This document shows, in pieces, positions 1-10,735 of a DNA stretch of 64,000 nucleotides. Source of the DNA: Ignisphaera sp. (GTDB taxonomy: Archaea; Thermoproteota; Thermoprotei_A; Sulfolobales; Ignisphaeraceae). The notes below the pieces were generated by a model that had not been told where the DNA came from, searched no databases, and worked only from the letters and a program-made list of their open reading frames with translations. Each line of letters starts with the position of its first letter. The first letter of the stretch is position 1. The stretch is from assembly GCA_038889075.1 (NCBI GenBank), contig JAWAHS010000001.1, positions 96,001 to 160,000 on the forward strand. The letters run 5' to 3'. A program made the position numbers and the translations under genes.

Positions 1-1484
1 TCTAGACCAGGATACCTTCCAGAAAGATAGTTAATTACATTCATGAATTCTTTCTCCGACAAATCATGGTATGGATAACTTCGCTTCACAATTTTAATAA
101 CTTCATCTACAGTTCTAGGTTTTTCAAGCGACATTCCAACTATGTGCTGCGTTAAAACATCAAGTGGTTTTTGAGGTATCTTAATCTTGTCAATTTTTCT
201 CTCCCTAGCAAGCTTTGCTAGTACAGTACACTCGACAAGATCATCTCTATCGACAACTATTATCGCACCCTTACTTATAGCATATGCATTATGGCCAGCT
301 CTACCAACTCGCTGTAGAAGTCTGGTAACGCTCTTTGGGCTACTTAATAATAAAACAAGATCTATATAGCCAACATCTATGCCAAGTTCAAGACTAGTCG
401 ATGATACAACAACTCTAAGTTGACCCTGTTTAAGTTTTTCTTCAACATCGAGTCGTACATCTCTGCTTAGACTACTATGATGAGCCTCGATTTCATCAGC
501 ATTTAAAATACCATTGCTACTGAGTAGTTTCTTCAACTTATATACTACTCTCTCAGTAGCACTCCTTGTATTTGTAAATAGCAAAGTTGTTCTGTGCTGT
601 AGAATAAGCTTTGAGGAGATCTCATATATAGATTCATTTAATATAGAGGTTGGGGTGTATACCAGATCCATGACGGGGCACAGAACCTTCACATCAATAG
701 GTTTAGAAAATCTCGCATCAGCTATTACAATGGGTCTAGGATTACCATCGTCTCTATATCCCGCTAGAAACCTGGCAACATCTTCTAAAGGAGATATTGT
801 AGCACTTAGACCAATCCTTTGAAAGTCCCTTCCAGTTAAATCAACGAGTCTTTCGAGAGAGAGCATTAAATGTGAACCACGTTTACTGCCAGCTAATTCG
901 TGAACCTCATCTACTATAACACATCTAACGGTAGCTAGTTTTTCACGAAATCTAGTAGCATTTAATGCTAAGGCAAGGCTTTCGGGTGTTGTTATTAATA
1001 TATGTGGTGGTGATCTCAACATTTTAGATTTTTCACTAGGCAATGTATCACTTGTTCTAACAGCTGTACGAATATCAATATTAATGCCGTAGTGTTCTGC
1101 TATTTTAGAGCGCAACTCGGTAAGAGGCACGATTAAGTTTTTATACATATCGTTATTAAGGGCTCGAAGAGGTGAAACGTAAATTATGTATATATTATTC
1201 TCTAATTTATTATCTATGCCAAGCCTAAATAGGTCATCGAGAAGTGGGAGGAAGACGGCTAGTGTCTTGCCTGTGCCAGTAGGGCTAGATACTAGTACAT
1301 TAAAACCATGCTTAATATATGGGATAACCATTTTCTGAGGAAGGGTTAAGGTACCAAATCTATACTTAAACCATGAAGCCACGGGTTCTAGTAGAAGGCG
1401 AAGAATGTATTCTTCTGCAAATTCCTTTGCATATGCAATGCCATTTACGAATTCTATGGGAGCATTATTCAATTGATTATTCAT
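1..1484 (-). CDS. lhr: Lhr-family ATP-dependent DEAD/H helicase, N-terminal part (runs off the left edge; absent from ORF track)
   Basis: Manual minus-strand translation from ATG at 1484: MNNQLNNAPIEF...VASWFKYRFGTLTLPQK...SSPTGTGKTLA (Walker A), VIVDEVH (motif II), LQRVGRAGH (motif VI). Confidence 0.9.
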   Translation of the reverse strand, partial: MNNQLNNAPIEFVNGIAYAKEFAEEYILRLLLEPVASWFKYRFGTLTLPQKMVIPYIKHGFNVLVSSPTGTGKTLAVFLPLLDDLFRLGIDNKLENNIYIIYVSPLRALNNDMYKNLIVPLTELRSKIAEHYGINIDIRTAVRTSDTLPSEKSKMLRSPPHILITTPESLALALNATRFREKLATVRCVIVDEVHELAGSKRGSHLMLSLERLVDLTGRDFQRIGLSATISPLEDVARFLAGYRDDGNPRPIVIADARFSKPIDVKVLCPVMDLVYTPTSILNESIYEISSKLILQHRTTLLFTNTRSATERVVYKLKKLLSSNGILNADEIEAHHSSLSRDVRLDVEEKLKQGQLRVVVSSTSLELGIDVGYIDLVLLLSSPKSVTRLLQRVGRAGHNAYAISKGAIIVVDRDDLVECTVLAKLARERKIDKIKIPQKPLDVLTQHIVGMSLEKPRTVDEVIKIVKRSYPYHDLSEKEFMNVINYLSGRYPGL

Positions 1485-1651
1485 TCAATGATGCACCGGT
1501 AGCATTAATGCATTTAGCTAAATAACCTATTGCTCAAACCTATTTACTACTTATATACTAAACGTTATTAAGTGTTAGGCATATGACAATACAATTTCAT
1601 TTACGGCTTAAACCGATAAGGTGAATAGCTAAAATGGAAGATGGATGCAAT

Positions 1652-1912
1652 TTACAGTCCAATGTTAGATAACGCTTCTCTTATGTTAGGTGGTAGTGAT
1701 ATGAAGTCTATTTCTTCAGCTTTTGCTACATTATACTCCCATTCCTTTTCATTTCCATCGGGCAGCACATATGTATGCTTCGTCGTGTATATGGGGACTA
1801 CAAAGAGTTTTCCATCCTCAGATCTGCAGAGTTCAACAACTATTCTCTTATTTCCTTTTTTAACTAGGTATACTTTCTCTATGGTAACCTTAATCATTTT
1901 TACCCACTTCAA
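1652..1912 (-). CDS. Small hypothetical protein
   Basis: 86-aa ORF overlapping the end of the upstream minus-strand gene; protein-like composition. Confidence 0.7.
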   Translation of the reverse strand: MKWVKMIKVTIEKVYLVKKGNKRIVVELCRSEDGKLFVVPIYTTKHTYVLPDGNEKEWEYNVAKAEEIDFISLPPNIREALSNIGL

Positions 1913-2627
1913 TCTCTTTTTCAGCCGAGCTGGTTTTTAAGCTCTTTAGTATATTTTCCTGGAGAGTAAAGAAGTGTCTAGAAACCTCAACTATATAGTT
2001 TGTTGATGGTAAGGCTTTAGGTATACCGATATCAAGAGCTATTACATTCTTAGCCATACTCAACTCCATATCAGTTCTTATCTTGCCTGAGGATATCCTA
2101 GATCCTACTTCGTATGCAATTACAAACTTTACAAATCTCCTTGTCGTTTCTTGAAACTCTGGGAATAGTATATAGAGCTTTTTAATTGATGCAATCATGG
2201 TTTTGTAGTCTATAAAACTGAAATAGTATAATGTGAATACGAATCTTAACACCCTAGCTATAAAGGCTTCATCAATACTTTTGCAAATCTCCTCGATATT
2301 TCTGCAGGCTTCGTCTCTGGTGCTAGCTTGCATAATATTATTGTAGAGTTTCTCAAATAACATCTCTTTATTGAATAGCGAGTTAATGATTTCTATAGGC
2401 ACCTCTTTATCTAATCCCAAACCCCACTTTCCGATTACATAGATTGTTATCATCTCTTTATCGTAGATATCAGATGGACTACTAGCTCCTCTTATAGGCT
2501 CGACATTCATGTTCTTATACACATCCTTTATAATGTTGATTACATCTTCTCTGTTTAGAATATTAGATCTGAGAATCTCACCCCATACATTTACAGCGGC
2601 CATTATTCTAAGTCTCTTAATGTTCAT
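1890..2627 (-). CDS. Conserved crenarchaeal protein (DUF2192-like)
   Basis: 245 aa; motif PIRGASSPSDIYDKEMITIYVIGKWGLGL resembles DUF2192; GGTGA SD upstream. Confidence 0.65.
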   Translation of the reverse strand: MNIKRLRIMAAVNVWGEILRSNILNREDVINIIKDVYKNMNVEPIRGASSPSDIYDKEMITIYVIGKWGLGLDKEVPIEIINSLFNKEMLFEKLYNNIMQASTRDEACRNIEEICKSIDEAFIARVLRFVFTLYYFSFIDYKTMIASIKKLYILFPEFQETTRRFVKFVIAYEVGSRISSGKIRTDMELSMAKNVIALDIGIPKALPSTNYIVEVSRHFFTLQENILKSLKTSSAEKEIEVGKND

Positions 2628-2745
2628 CCGCTATCACCATATTTACCTATATGTTGGACAGTCCTTAGCCCTACACATTTCTTAATGAGGACTAGGTATA
2701 TATATTCAAGATAACTACCTCACAACCGAATTAGGGCTGTTTTAT

Positions 2746-4299
2746 ATGGTGAAGGAAATCGATGTTGATATTATTATAACGTCTGATAGATCGATGATGA
2801 CAAATCATCACGGCAGAGAATTTCTTGGATTTATGGCAACAGGTCCCGCCATCGGAATTCCTGAATGGATATGGATGGCAGTGTGCTGTCCAAAACCTCG
2901 TGTGGATGAGTTTGGGAGACCTGTGGAGGCGCCATATGGACTTAGGAAAATAGAAGCAGCACTACAAGATGCAGGATATAATGCCCATATAATAGATCCG
3001 GACCATCTCGATAGATATAAAGATCGTGTTAAAATTCTTATGATAGGTCATCACGATTTCTTTGCCTACGGACCTCCAAGCTCTGAATGGTGGTTGCTAA
3101 CAGGTAGGGAGCCTGTTAATAGAAGAAGCTTCTACAGGCTCATGGAGAGCGACCTCATTAATGCCATGAGGAAACGCGGTGTGAAAATAATTGTTGGTGG
3201 TCCAGCTGCATGGCAATGGCTATGGGAGCCTGGGCTTATTGAGAAATGGAAAATTGATACAGTTATTGAGGGTGAAGCGGATGAATTTATTGTAGATATA
3301 GTATCAAAGCTTTTCAATGGCGAACCCCTTCCAAGATACATATCAATAGGTGCTAGGGAGTCTCCTCCGATAGATAAGATACCCATTATAAAAGGAGCTA
3401 GCGTAAATGGACTTGTAGAAATAACTAGAGGATGCCCGAGGGGGTGTATGTTTTGCAGTGTTACATTGCGACCTTTAAGGCATATGCCTATTGATAGAAT
3501 ATTGAAGGAAATTGAGATAAATTTATTAAACTCTGTAAAAGGAGTCATTCTTCATAGCGAAGATGTACTGCTTTACGGATCCTATGGAATCGAACCTAAT
3601 CCGGATCCCGTATTAAAGCTTCATCAGATGGTTATAGACAGGGTTAAGAGTATTGCATGGGCGCACGCATCATTGGCCTCAATAGTTATAGCCCAGAGGA
3701 AGTATAAGCTCATTTCATCTCTTACAGATATCATATATTCAAAGTTGGAGCAGAACTATCTTGGTGTTGAAGTAGGAATAGAAACCGGATCACCCAGATT
3801 AGCGAAGATCGTTATGCCCGCAAAGGCTCTTCCATTTAAATCTGAAGAGTGGCCTGATGTAGTCGAGGAAGCATTTGCTATAATGCATGAACACCGAATA
3901 ATACCAGCTGCGACATTCATTCTAGGATTTCCAAACGAGGAACCAGATGATGTAGTAAAGACCATCGAACTGCTAGATAGGCTTAAGAAATATAGAAGCA
4001 TTATAGTACCGATGTTATTTGTACCTATGGGTACTCTAAAGCATGAAGAAAGCGGAATTGTTGGAATGAAAATAACGCAAGAACACGCCGAAGCTATGAG
4101 AAGAGCTTTTTGGCACACAGTTACCTGGGCTGAAGATATAATGATCAAATTCTATATGAAAGGGATTAGATACGAGCCTGTAAAACTGATCCTTAAAGCA
4201 TTTCTTTGGTATGCTAAGAGAAGAATGAGAGATATTGAAAAGAAATTCCTTACTAAGTTTACAGGTAAAGAACTATCTATAAAATTGGCACAGGGATAG
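2746..4299 (+). CDS. B12-binding-domain radical SAM protein
   Basis: EITRGCPRGCMFC (CX3CX2C); N-terminal APYGLRKIEA and KIIVGGP...IEGEAD typical of the cobalamin-binding class. Confidence 0.85.
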   Translation: MVKEIDVDIIITSDRSMMTNHHGREFLGFMATGPAIGIPEWIWMAVCCPKPRVDEFGRPVEAPYGLRKIEAALQDAGYNAHIIDPDHLDRYKDRVKILMIGHHDFFAYGPPSSEWWLLTGREPVNRRSFYRLMESDLINAMRKRGVKIIVGGPAAWQWLWEPGLIEKWKIDTVIEGEADEFIVDIVSKLFNGEPLPRYISIGARESPPIDKIPIIKGASVNGLVEITRGCPRGCMFCSVTLRPLRHMPIDRILKEIEINLLNSVKGVILHSEDVLLYGSYGIEPNPDPVLKLHQMVIDRVKSIAWAHASLASIVIAQRKYKLISSLTDIIYSKLEQNYLGVEVGIETGSPRLAKIVMPAKALPFKSEEWPDVVEEAFAIMHEHRIIPAATFILGFPNEEPDDVVKTIELLDRLKKYRSIIVPMLFVPMGTLKHEESGIVGMKITQEHAEAMRRAFWHTVTWAEDIMIKFYMKGIRYEPVKLILKAFLWYAKRRMRDIEKKFLTKFTGKELSIKLAQG

Positions 4300-4433
4300 T
4301 TATATCAATTAAGAGACGAATGCTATGGTTTCTGTAGCTAAGGTTGATTACATTACACGAATGTTAATAAGATCTGTAAGAGCCTTAGAATTAAAAATCG
4401 GAGATACGGAAAGAAAATTTATAGGGACATAGT

Positions 4434-4919
4434 ATGTCTACTAAGGCTAAGCTACTACTTGGCCTGGCACTGCTGAGAGAATTTCATAATAAGGTTGAGT
4501 ATTATAAGTCGGTTGTTGAAAGGAATATCTATGTATATAGAGAATATGAAAGGAGCTCTAACGACTATAATAGAATTAAAGCTGTAGAGAAGGAGATAAA
4601 AAATCTCGAAGGAGTCTATAAGCAACTTAGCAACACCAATATTTTTCTCGAGTATATAATGTTGCGCCTAGAAACATTAATTACCGCAAACAATATCGCT
4701 GTTAGTATAGCTATGCTAAGGGATGTTGTTAAAATTCTTAGAAGCAGTACGTCAAAAACGATTCCAATACTCACAACTCTTATAGATAAACTCGATGAAT
4801 TGACAAGGATTTTAATTATTGAAACTCAAAATAGGGATCAGCTTAAGAATGCTATAAGTAGTGCCTCTCCCGAGGCTAGGAAAATTATCGATGAAGCCAA
4901 AAAAATAGCCGGTGTATAG
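4434..4919 (+). CDS. Divergent CdvB/ESCRT-III (Snf7)-like protein lacking the C-terminal tail
   Basis: All-helical; LEYIMLRLET, RDVVKIL...IPIL and SPEARKIIDEAKKIA match the CdvB core pattern as recalled. Confidence 0.6.
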   Translation: MSTKAKLLLGLALLREFHNKVEYYKSVVERNIYVYREYERSSNDYNRIKAVEKEIKNLEGVYKQLSNTNIFLEYIMLRLETLITANNIAVSIAMLRDVVKILRSSTSKTIPILTTLIDKLDELTRILIIETQNRDQLKNAISSASPEARKIIDEAKKIAGV

Positions 4920-4932
4920 TAGTGGTAGAGAG

Positions 4933-5466
4933 CTAGACGTCACTATAACCCTTTACATATAGGTAAAGTCTTGCAGTCCTCATAGGTAAGGCAACTTCAA
5001 TAATTTGAATTGGTTTCCATCCAGGAATCTCAAAATCTAGTGTAACTATACGAGTACCTTTCTTCAATTCTGTTTCAAGCTTGGGTTTCAAAGCTCTATT
5101 AACAGATGTAAGCAAATACATGTAAATGATAGTAGCATCGGAGATTGGAGCTTTGAAAAAGTCCTCGTTAATAAATTCAATTCGATTAAGTACAGCCTCA
5201 GTCTTGGCGTTTTCCTTCGCTTTTTCAATTAATGTTGGATTGATTTCTACACATACTCCCTTTTGTGCACCTTCCTTAACAGCTCTGATAACAACACGTC
5301 CGTCTCCGCAACCGAGATCGTAGAATATGTCATTATGCGATATGTTTGCTAGCTTCATAACAATATCAAGTAATTCTTCTCTTGTTGGAACCCATGGAAC
5401 CCTTGCACCCTCATAGTAGCTTGAGACCAAGCCTAACACCTCTTCGTAATCCTGAAATACACTCAT
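4933..5466 (-). CDS. Archaeal protein-lysine N-methyltransferase (aKMT-like, class I SAM MTase)
   Basis: VPWVPT, FYDLGCGDGR, YMYLLTSVNRALKPKLETELKKGTRIV; start reassigned to ATG 5466 behind a GGTG SD. Confidence 0.85.
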   Translation of the reverse strand: MSVFQDYEEVLGLVSSYYEGARVPWVPTREELLDIVMKLANISHNDIFYDLGCGDGRVVIRAVKEGAQKGVCVEINPTLIEKAKENAKTEAVLNRIEFINEDFFKAPISDATIIYMYLLTSVNRALKPKLETELKKGTRIVTLDFEIPGWKPIQIIEVALPMRTARLYLYVKGYSDV

Positions 5467-5618
5467 ATTTCTGATAACACCTAAAAATTTTTCTGTTATG
5501 ATTGTGTATACAGATGTGAAGCTCCTTATATGTTTGGTTGACAATATCTGTAATAATGGTGTAGTATTATAAAAATGTTATTATGATGGATTAGATTAGA
5601 GATCAATATTTGTAAGAT

Positions 5619-6311
5619 CTATGGTGGGGTGAAGATGTATATGGTATTTCGCGGAACCTCTTTTGCATCAATTGATAATGTATTTGTATTAAGTGTTATC
5701 ACGTTCCAGCTTGGAGGCTTTTGCTGTATAAAATCGTCCACAGGTCTTAAAGGTAGATTGAGTTTTTCAATCCAGTAATGCATTGGTATCACAGTTTTAG
5801 GTTCAAGATTTTCAATTGTTTTCCAAGCACCCTTTGCATCTAATGTAAATGTTCCTCCAACCGGAATCATAAGTATATCTATTAAGCCTAATCTTTTAGA
5901 GTATTCTTTATCAAGCTCGTGACCCAGATCACCTACATGGACAAATGAAACGTTGTCCACATACAATTTATATATTACATTTCTTCCTCTTCTTCTCCCT
6001 TTTTCTTTATCATGGTATGCTTCTATACCTGTGAATTTAATATCGTTCACGGATTCTTCACCTACGTGCATTGAATATACATTAGCACTAGGTTTAGCAA
6101 CTACGGAGTATGCATTATGGTCAAAATGTTCGTGAGTTATAAGGACTATATCAGCTGAAACCTTGGGGGTCTTTATACCAAGGCTTCTTCCATCATGAGG
6201 GTCTATGACTATAACCGTTCCTTTCGATGATACTATTTCAAAACAGGCGTGACCATGCCATCTAACCACAACCACTATTATCACCTGTCTACAGAATAAA
6301 TACTTTATCAA
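5619..6311 (-). CDS. MBL-fold metallo-hydrolase
   Basis: WHGHACF, ITHEHFDH, HVGDLGH, IPMHY; true start probably the GTG just before VVVRWHG. Confidence 0.9.
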   Translation of the reverse strand: MIKYLFCRQVIIVVVVRWHGHACFEIVSSKGTVIVIDPHDGRSLGIKTPKVSADIVLITHEHFDHNAYSVVAKPSANVYSMHVGEESVNDIKFTGIEAYHDKEKGRRRGRNVIYKLYVDNVSFVHVGDLGHELDKEYSKRLGLIDILMIPVGGTFTLDAKGAWKTIENLEPKTVIPMHYWIEKLNLPLRPVDDFIQQKPPSWNVITLNTNTLSIDAKEVPRNTIYIFTPP

Positions 6312-6384
6312 GCATAAAAACTTGATAAAAGCATAATCTCTTTAACTCCTGTGAAATACGAGAGATAAGTGAGGTGGGAAATTT

Positions 6385-6723
6385 ATGAGTGCAGATCAGC
6401 AGAGTGATGCTAATGATGCTGAGGGCAACATTATTAAGCGTAGATTTGAATCACGTTTACCGCAATATGATAATGAAGCTAAGATTAGACAGGCATTTAT
6501 GATACTTTCACGTGTTATGAATGATCCATCAATACCTAGAAATATAAGGAGGGCGGCCATGTATGCTATAAGGGCATTGGGTGAAAAAAATCTATCACCT
6601 GGTGTTAGGGCAGCAAATGCTGTTGGTATACTTGATGAAGTTAGTCAAGATCCCAACATGCCATTACATGCTAGAACTCTCTTATGGAATGCTATATCAA
6701 TACTTGAGACTATAAAAGATTAA
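6385..6723 (+). CDS. UPF0147 family protein
   Basis: [12 protein letters not shown]...[27 protein letters not shown]. Confidence 0.85.
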   Translation: MSADQQSDANDAEGNIIKRRFESRLPQYDNEAKIRQAFMILSRVMNDPSIPRNIRRAAMYAIRALGEKNLSPGVRAANAVGILDEVSQDPNMPLHARTLLWNAISILETIKD

Positions 6724-6755
6724 AATCGAGGAATTAGCTATGGATACTAGAATGG

Positions 6756-8204
6756 GTGGCTGATGTAATCATGCTGTATAGAGTTAGAGGTCCATATGCT
6801 ACGGCCTTGGCTAAAATAGTTTTAGATTCTGGACACGAACTTGTAGATTTATCTAAGAAACTAGCTGAAAGAATTTCAATGCCCCAAAGAAGTGAGGTGC
6901 TACCCCAGGCAACGGTAAAGGAAAGCGATGAAGATCCTGATGCTCTAATAATTGTAGGATATAGAGATGCTGTTGAGGCCATGCTTATTGAAATGCTAAT
7001 GCGAATACCATTTATAAGTTTCAGATTCGAGGAGCTAGGACCATATACAACAATAGCAGCGAAGCTGAGGGGTTTCGAGAAGGGTCTGTGCATAGCAGAG
7101 GTTCATGGAAGTAAAATTATAGTTCAAGATGTAGGTATGTGTAATGAGAATGAGATTGCTATAGTACATGTTGTGAAACCCGCACTAAAGCAAGATGATA
7201 AGGCTGTAGCACTTCCAGGTGCTGCTATATTAAAGGATACACTGGTTCTTCTGGATGATGGTGGAGGTCGTGTCTACTTTAGCGAACATATAAGAGATTA
7301 TGATAGGAAAGCAACATTGAGTACTATATCGAACCAGTACACAAGACAGGGATTTAGTATTAGGTGGAGAAGCACAGCGCGTTCTGCACCACTAGAGAAA
7401 ATAGTTCACGAAATCGAGGAAGCAGTTAATGAAGCAAAGAAGCTGCGGGATACAAAACCTTCAGAACCAATGATACTCTATCAAGGTGAGGCCATAGCAT
7501 ACATAAAGTTGTCACGTCCATCAAAAGAGTATCTAGATGATGTTAGAAGGTCTATTATACCCACAACACCATATCATCATCAATTAAGGACGTGCGGAAT
7601 ATGTGAAGATGCTATAGACCTCTTAGATACTCTATCCAACTACACGAATGATAGGATTATGATCAAGGCAATAGAAAATTACATTACAAGATCGATACTT
7701 AACAAAAATGTAGTATTGGAACACAATAAACCAGGTGAAAAGACTATAGAGATAGGACCGATAACTATAATGAACTTAATGGAGACCGAATTGGGAACAG
7801 CAATTGTGGGAAAACGTAAAGCTCAAAAAAATGGTATCTATGATGGACTTGATGTAGAAAGAAAAAGTGGAGATATAATCTTTACATTTATACCATTTAA
7901 CAACTGGTTCATCATCCATCGATACACCGATATAGAGGGTAGAGAGAAGGGTCTGTATATCAATATAAACACACCTCCAGAGATATGCTATAATAAAGGT
8001 GTTATTAAATATATAGATCTATTCGTTGATGTTATAGTTGTTGGAAATAGTGTAAAGGTTATTGATATAAACGAACTTGACAAAGCTTATCAGAGAGGAC
8101 TAGTAGATGTAGATACCATGTATATGGTTGAGGAAACAACGAAAAATATAGTTAGTTCTATAAACACTATTCGGAGGGTTCTTGGAAGCCTTTCTCTGCA
8201 GTAG
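6756..8204 (+). CDS. fau-1: Ribonuclease FAU-1 family (DUF402)
   Basis: VRGPYATALA N-terminus, IRWRS, YHHQL, GIYDGL, YININTPPE, YIDLFVDV. Confidence 0.8.
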   Translation: MADVIMLYRVRGPYATALAKIVLDSGHELVDLSKKLAERISMPQRSEVLPQATVKESDEDPDALIIVGYRDAVEAMLIEMLMRIPFISFRFEELGPYTTIAAKLRGFEKGLCIAEVHGSKIIVQDVGMCNENEIAIVHVVKPALKQDDKAVALPGAAILKDTLVLLDDGGGRVYFSEHIRDYDRKATLSTISNQYTRQGFSIRWRSTARSAPLEKIVHEIEEAVNEAKKLRDTKPSEPMILYQGEAIAYIKLSRPSKEYLDDVRRSIIPTTPYHHQLRTCGICEDAIDLLDTLSNYTNDRIMIKAIENYITRSILNKNVVLEHNKPGEKTIEIGPITIMNLMETELGTAIVGKRKAQKNGIYDGLDVERKSGDIIFTFIPFNNWFIIHRYTDIEGREKGLYININTPPEICYNKGVIKYIDLFVDVIVVGNSVKVIDINELDKAYQRGLVDVDTMYMVEETTKNIVSSINTIRRVLGSLSLQ

Positions 8205-9192
8205 TCTCAGTATGAGCAACACCAACGGCTCTGATGGCTTTAGCTGTTGCTACTTCAGCTATTTCAGCAGCTTCATAGACAGCATTAATAGCTTCATGCG
8301 ACATTGCAAGAACGCCATGGATGTTTATGCACTTTTGAATAGAGGTTAAAATTTCCTTTGAGATTTCCTCTCTTCCTAATAGAACCTTCATCGCTAGATT
8401 TACATTCAGCGTTGTAAATGCATTAACTGATTTAGAGACATAGGATGAAACTTTTGCAAAAATATCTTTGAACACATTTCTACATTCAATACTATTCTGA
8501 AATGCATCCAGACTAATATTGAGTAATGTATTAGAAACTCTATCGAGAGAATCACCTATGTGTTCAAGACTTTTTAGAACTATTGCGTAGTCTAGGGAGT
8601 ATGGGGGATCTCTGAATGCCGTTCTTTTAATAGTTCTTATGCCAAGGAAATGGAGTCTGTCGAGGTCGTCATCGAGATGTATTACTTCACTTAATTTACT
8701 CTTATCACCTGTATTGAAGTAGTCTATTAGAAAATCAAACATAGTATTTAATGCCGATCTCATTGATGAGATGACTTCGTTTAGATCAGTATTAACCTCA
8801 TCTACGGAGATTTTTATCTTGAATGTTGTGCCATCCATTGCTATGGCCCCGGGTAGACGCATGGCTATGGGGTAGAACGCTTTTCTTATAATATCACGGA
8901 CCTCTTCAACTACTATTATGTCGTAGCCTTCTAAATATCCTGCTATTATAAGCCTTGCCAGGGCCTCAGGATCTTCGTGTTTTATCTTTATGCTATGTAT
9001 TATCCTGTGTTGGGTAGCTGTAAGTGGTTTTATAAGTATGTATCCAGAGCCAAGCGATACTTCAACATTGGATCCTATTCCTAAACCTAAAACGTTTAGC
9101 CATTCCTTTGGTATAGTTATTCCGATACTTCTTTCACCAACTCTAATAATTTTCCTTATATTTGAAGCCGCTATTGTACTCATATTTATCAC
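8167..9192 (-). CDS. phoU: Phosphate uptake regulator PhoU with N-terminal AbrB domain
   Basis: RKIIRVGERSIGITIPKEW (AbrB), RLIIAGYLEGYD, DDDLDRLHFL, LEHIGD. Confidence 0.85.
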   Translation of the reverse strand: MINMSTIAASNIRKIIRVGERSIGITIPKEWLNVLGLGIGSNVEVSLGSGYILIKPLTATQHRIIHSIKIKHEDPEALARLIIAGYLEGYDIIVVEEVRDIIRKAFYPIAMRLPGAIAMDGTTFKIKISVDEVNTDLNEVISSMRSALNTMFDFLIDYFNTGDKSKLSEVIHLDDDLDRLHFLGIRTIKRTAFRDPPYSLDYAIVLKSLEHIGDSLDRVSNTLLNISLDAFQNSIECRNVFKDIFAKVSSYVSKSVNAFTTLNVNLAMKVLLGREEISKEILTSIQKCINIHGVLAMSHEAINAVYEAAEIAEVATAKAIRAVGVAHTETTAEKGFQEPSE

Positions 9193-9351
9193 ACATCACT
9201 TGTCTAATTTCGCAACACTTTTCTATAACTCAATATTGTTACACTGGTTTATAAACTTTGTAACTATATATACGGTACATAATGTCGTGAAAATGTTTTA
9301 CCAAACATTTTTATTTTTAGCAACTGCAACATTTCCGGGGTGTAGGCTACT

Positions 9352-10632
9352 ATGAAGATCTTAATCATTGTTATTGATGGTGCAGGAGATACTTTAAAAT
9401 ACAGACCAACATCGTTAGAACTAGCATCAAAGCCAGGTATGGATGCTCTATCTAGAAGATCAGTTGCAGGATGTTTCTATCCAATAGATAGTGAAACTCC
9501 ACCAGAGAGTGATGCAGCGGTATTTTCAATACTTGGCTACGATCCTAGGAAAATTAGTATTGGTCGGGGACTTCTAGAAGCGTTAGGTGTTGGTGTAAGA
9601 ATTAAAGAAGGTTATGAAGTTGCATTTAGAGCTAATTTTGCTACGGTAGATCCTATTACTAGAAGAATTATTGATAGAAGGGTGGGAAGGAGCTTAAGCT
9701 CGCATGAAGCACGGGAACTCGCTAAATCGATTGATGGTATTGAGTTAGGAATTCATGGTGGATATGCAAGGGTTATTGCCTCTATAGGTCATAGAGCCGT
9801 TGTTATCATAGGTAGTAGTAGGAGAATGTTAAGTGCAGAGGTATCTAATACTGATCCCGCTTATGCTAAAGAAGGCAAGCTCTCAATTGCATTAAAAAGC
9901 TTTAAACCATTTGTAGAACCATGTAGAGCCGTGAATGGTTCAGAAACAGCTAAAATTACATGTGATCTTGTCAATGAATTCACAAGCAAGGTTATAAACA
10001 TTTTAGAGAATCATCCCATAAACATTGAACGTGCAGCAAAGGGTTTACCAAAAGCCAATATACTACTACTACGGGATGCCGAAAACAACTATCCATCTAT
10101 AGAACCTATAAATAATCTCTATAATAAAAAATTTGGCATCGTTGCAGAGATGCCTGTTGAGAAAGGTATAGGTACAATTCTCGGTATGGATGTAGCACTA
10201 GTGCCGGAACCGAGTGGAGATCCCCATATAGATTACAGTGAGAGATTAAATGCAACACTAAAACTTTTAGAAAAGAATGATGTTGTTTACGTACATCTTA
10301 AAGGACCTGATGAACCAGGACATGATGGAGAAAAGAATAGAAAAGTCAGATCGATAGAAACTATAGATAGCTACTTTATTCAACCTCTTATAAATAGTAT
10401 AGATTTAAATAGCACAGCGATAATTATCACATCGGATCACGCTACACCACCAGAATTAAGGGCCCATAGCAGCGATCCAGTACCAATAATAGTTGCTTAC
10501 AACGGTTTGAAGAAGGTTGATGGACTTGAGAGGTTTACTGAATATGAATGTTGCACCAAGGGATCTCTAGGCATATTTGCTAATGGTTTTAGTGTTCTCA
10601 GAAAAATATTTACAGTTTTAGAACAGCTGTGA
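9352..10632 (+). CDS. apgM: 2,3-bisphosphoglycerate-independent phosphoglycerate mutase
   Basis: IDGAGD, PESDAA, GRGLLEALG, AFRANFAT, HLKGPDEPGHDG, TSDHATP, HSSDPVP. Confidence 0.93.
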   Translation: MKILIIVIDGAGDTLKYRPTSLELASKPGMDALSRRSVAGCFYPIDSETPPESDAAVFSILGYDPRKISIGRGLLEALGVGVRIKEGYEVAFRANFATVDPITRRIIDRRVGRSLSSHEARELAKSIDGIELGIHGGYARVIASIGHRAVVIIGSSRRMLSAEVSNTDPAYAKEGKLSIALKSFKPFVEPCRAVNGSETAKITCDLVNEFTSKVINILENHPINIERAAKGLPKANILLLRDAENNYPSIEPINNLYNKKFGIVAEMPVEKGIGTILGMDVALVPEPSGDPHIDYSERLNATLKLLEKNDVVYVHLKGPDEPGHDGEKNRKVRSIETIDSYFIQPLINSIDLNSTAIIITSDHATPPELRAHSSDPVPIIVAYNGLKKVDGLERFTEYECCTKGSLGIFANGFSVLRKIFTVLEQL

Positions 10633-10649
10633 TAATGATAGTGATCATC

Positions 10650-10706
10650 TGCATGATGACGGCACCTCCTACCTGAAATAATGATGAACGGTAAGAGTGC
10701 TGAATG
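10650..10706 (+). ncRNA. C/D box guide sRNA
   Basis: C box ATGATGA 10653-59, guide CGGCACCTCCTAC, D' CTGA 10673-76, C' ATGATGA 10681-87, guide ACGGTAAGAGTG, D CTGA 10700-03; canonical spacing, intergenic. Confidence 0.88.
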
Positions 10707-10735
10707 ATTTAAAGATTCAGCATGGTGTGTATATC

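Noticed and set aside
9193-9351. Possible Pho-box repeats between phoU and apgM
   Set aside because: Only generic TATA-like words; cannot be distinguished from divergent core promoters.
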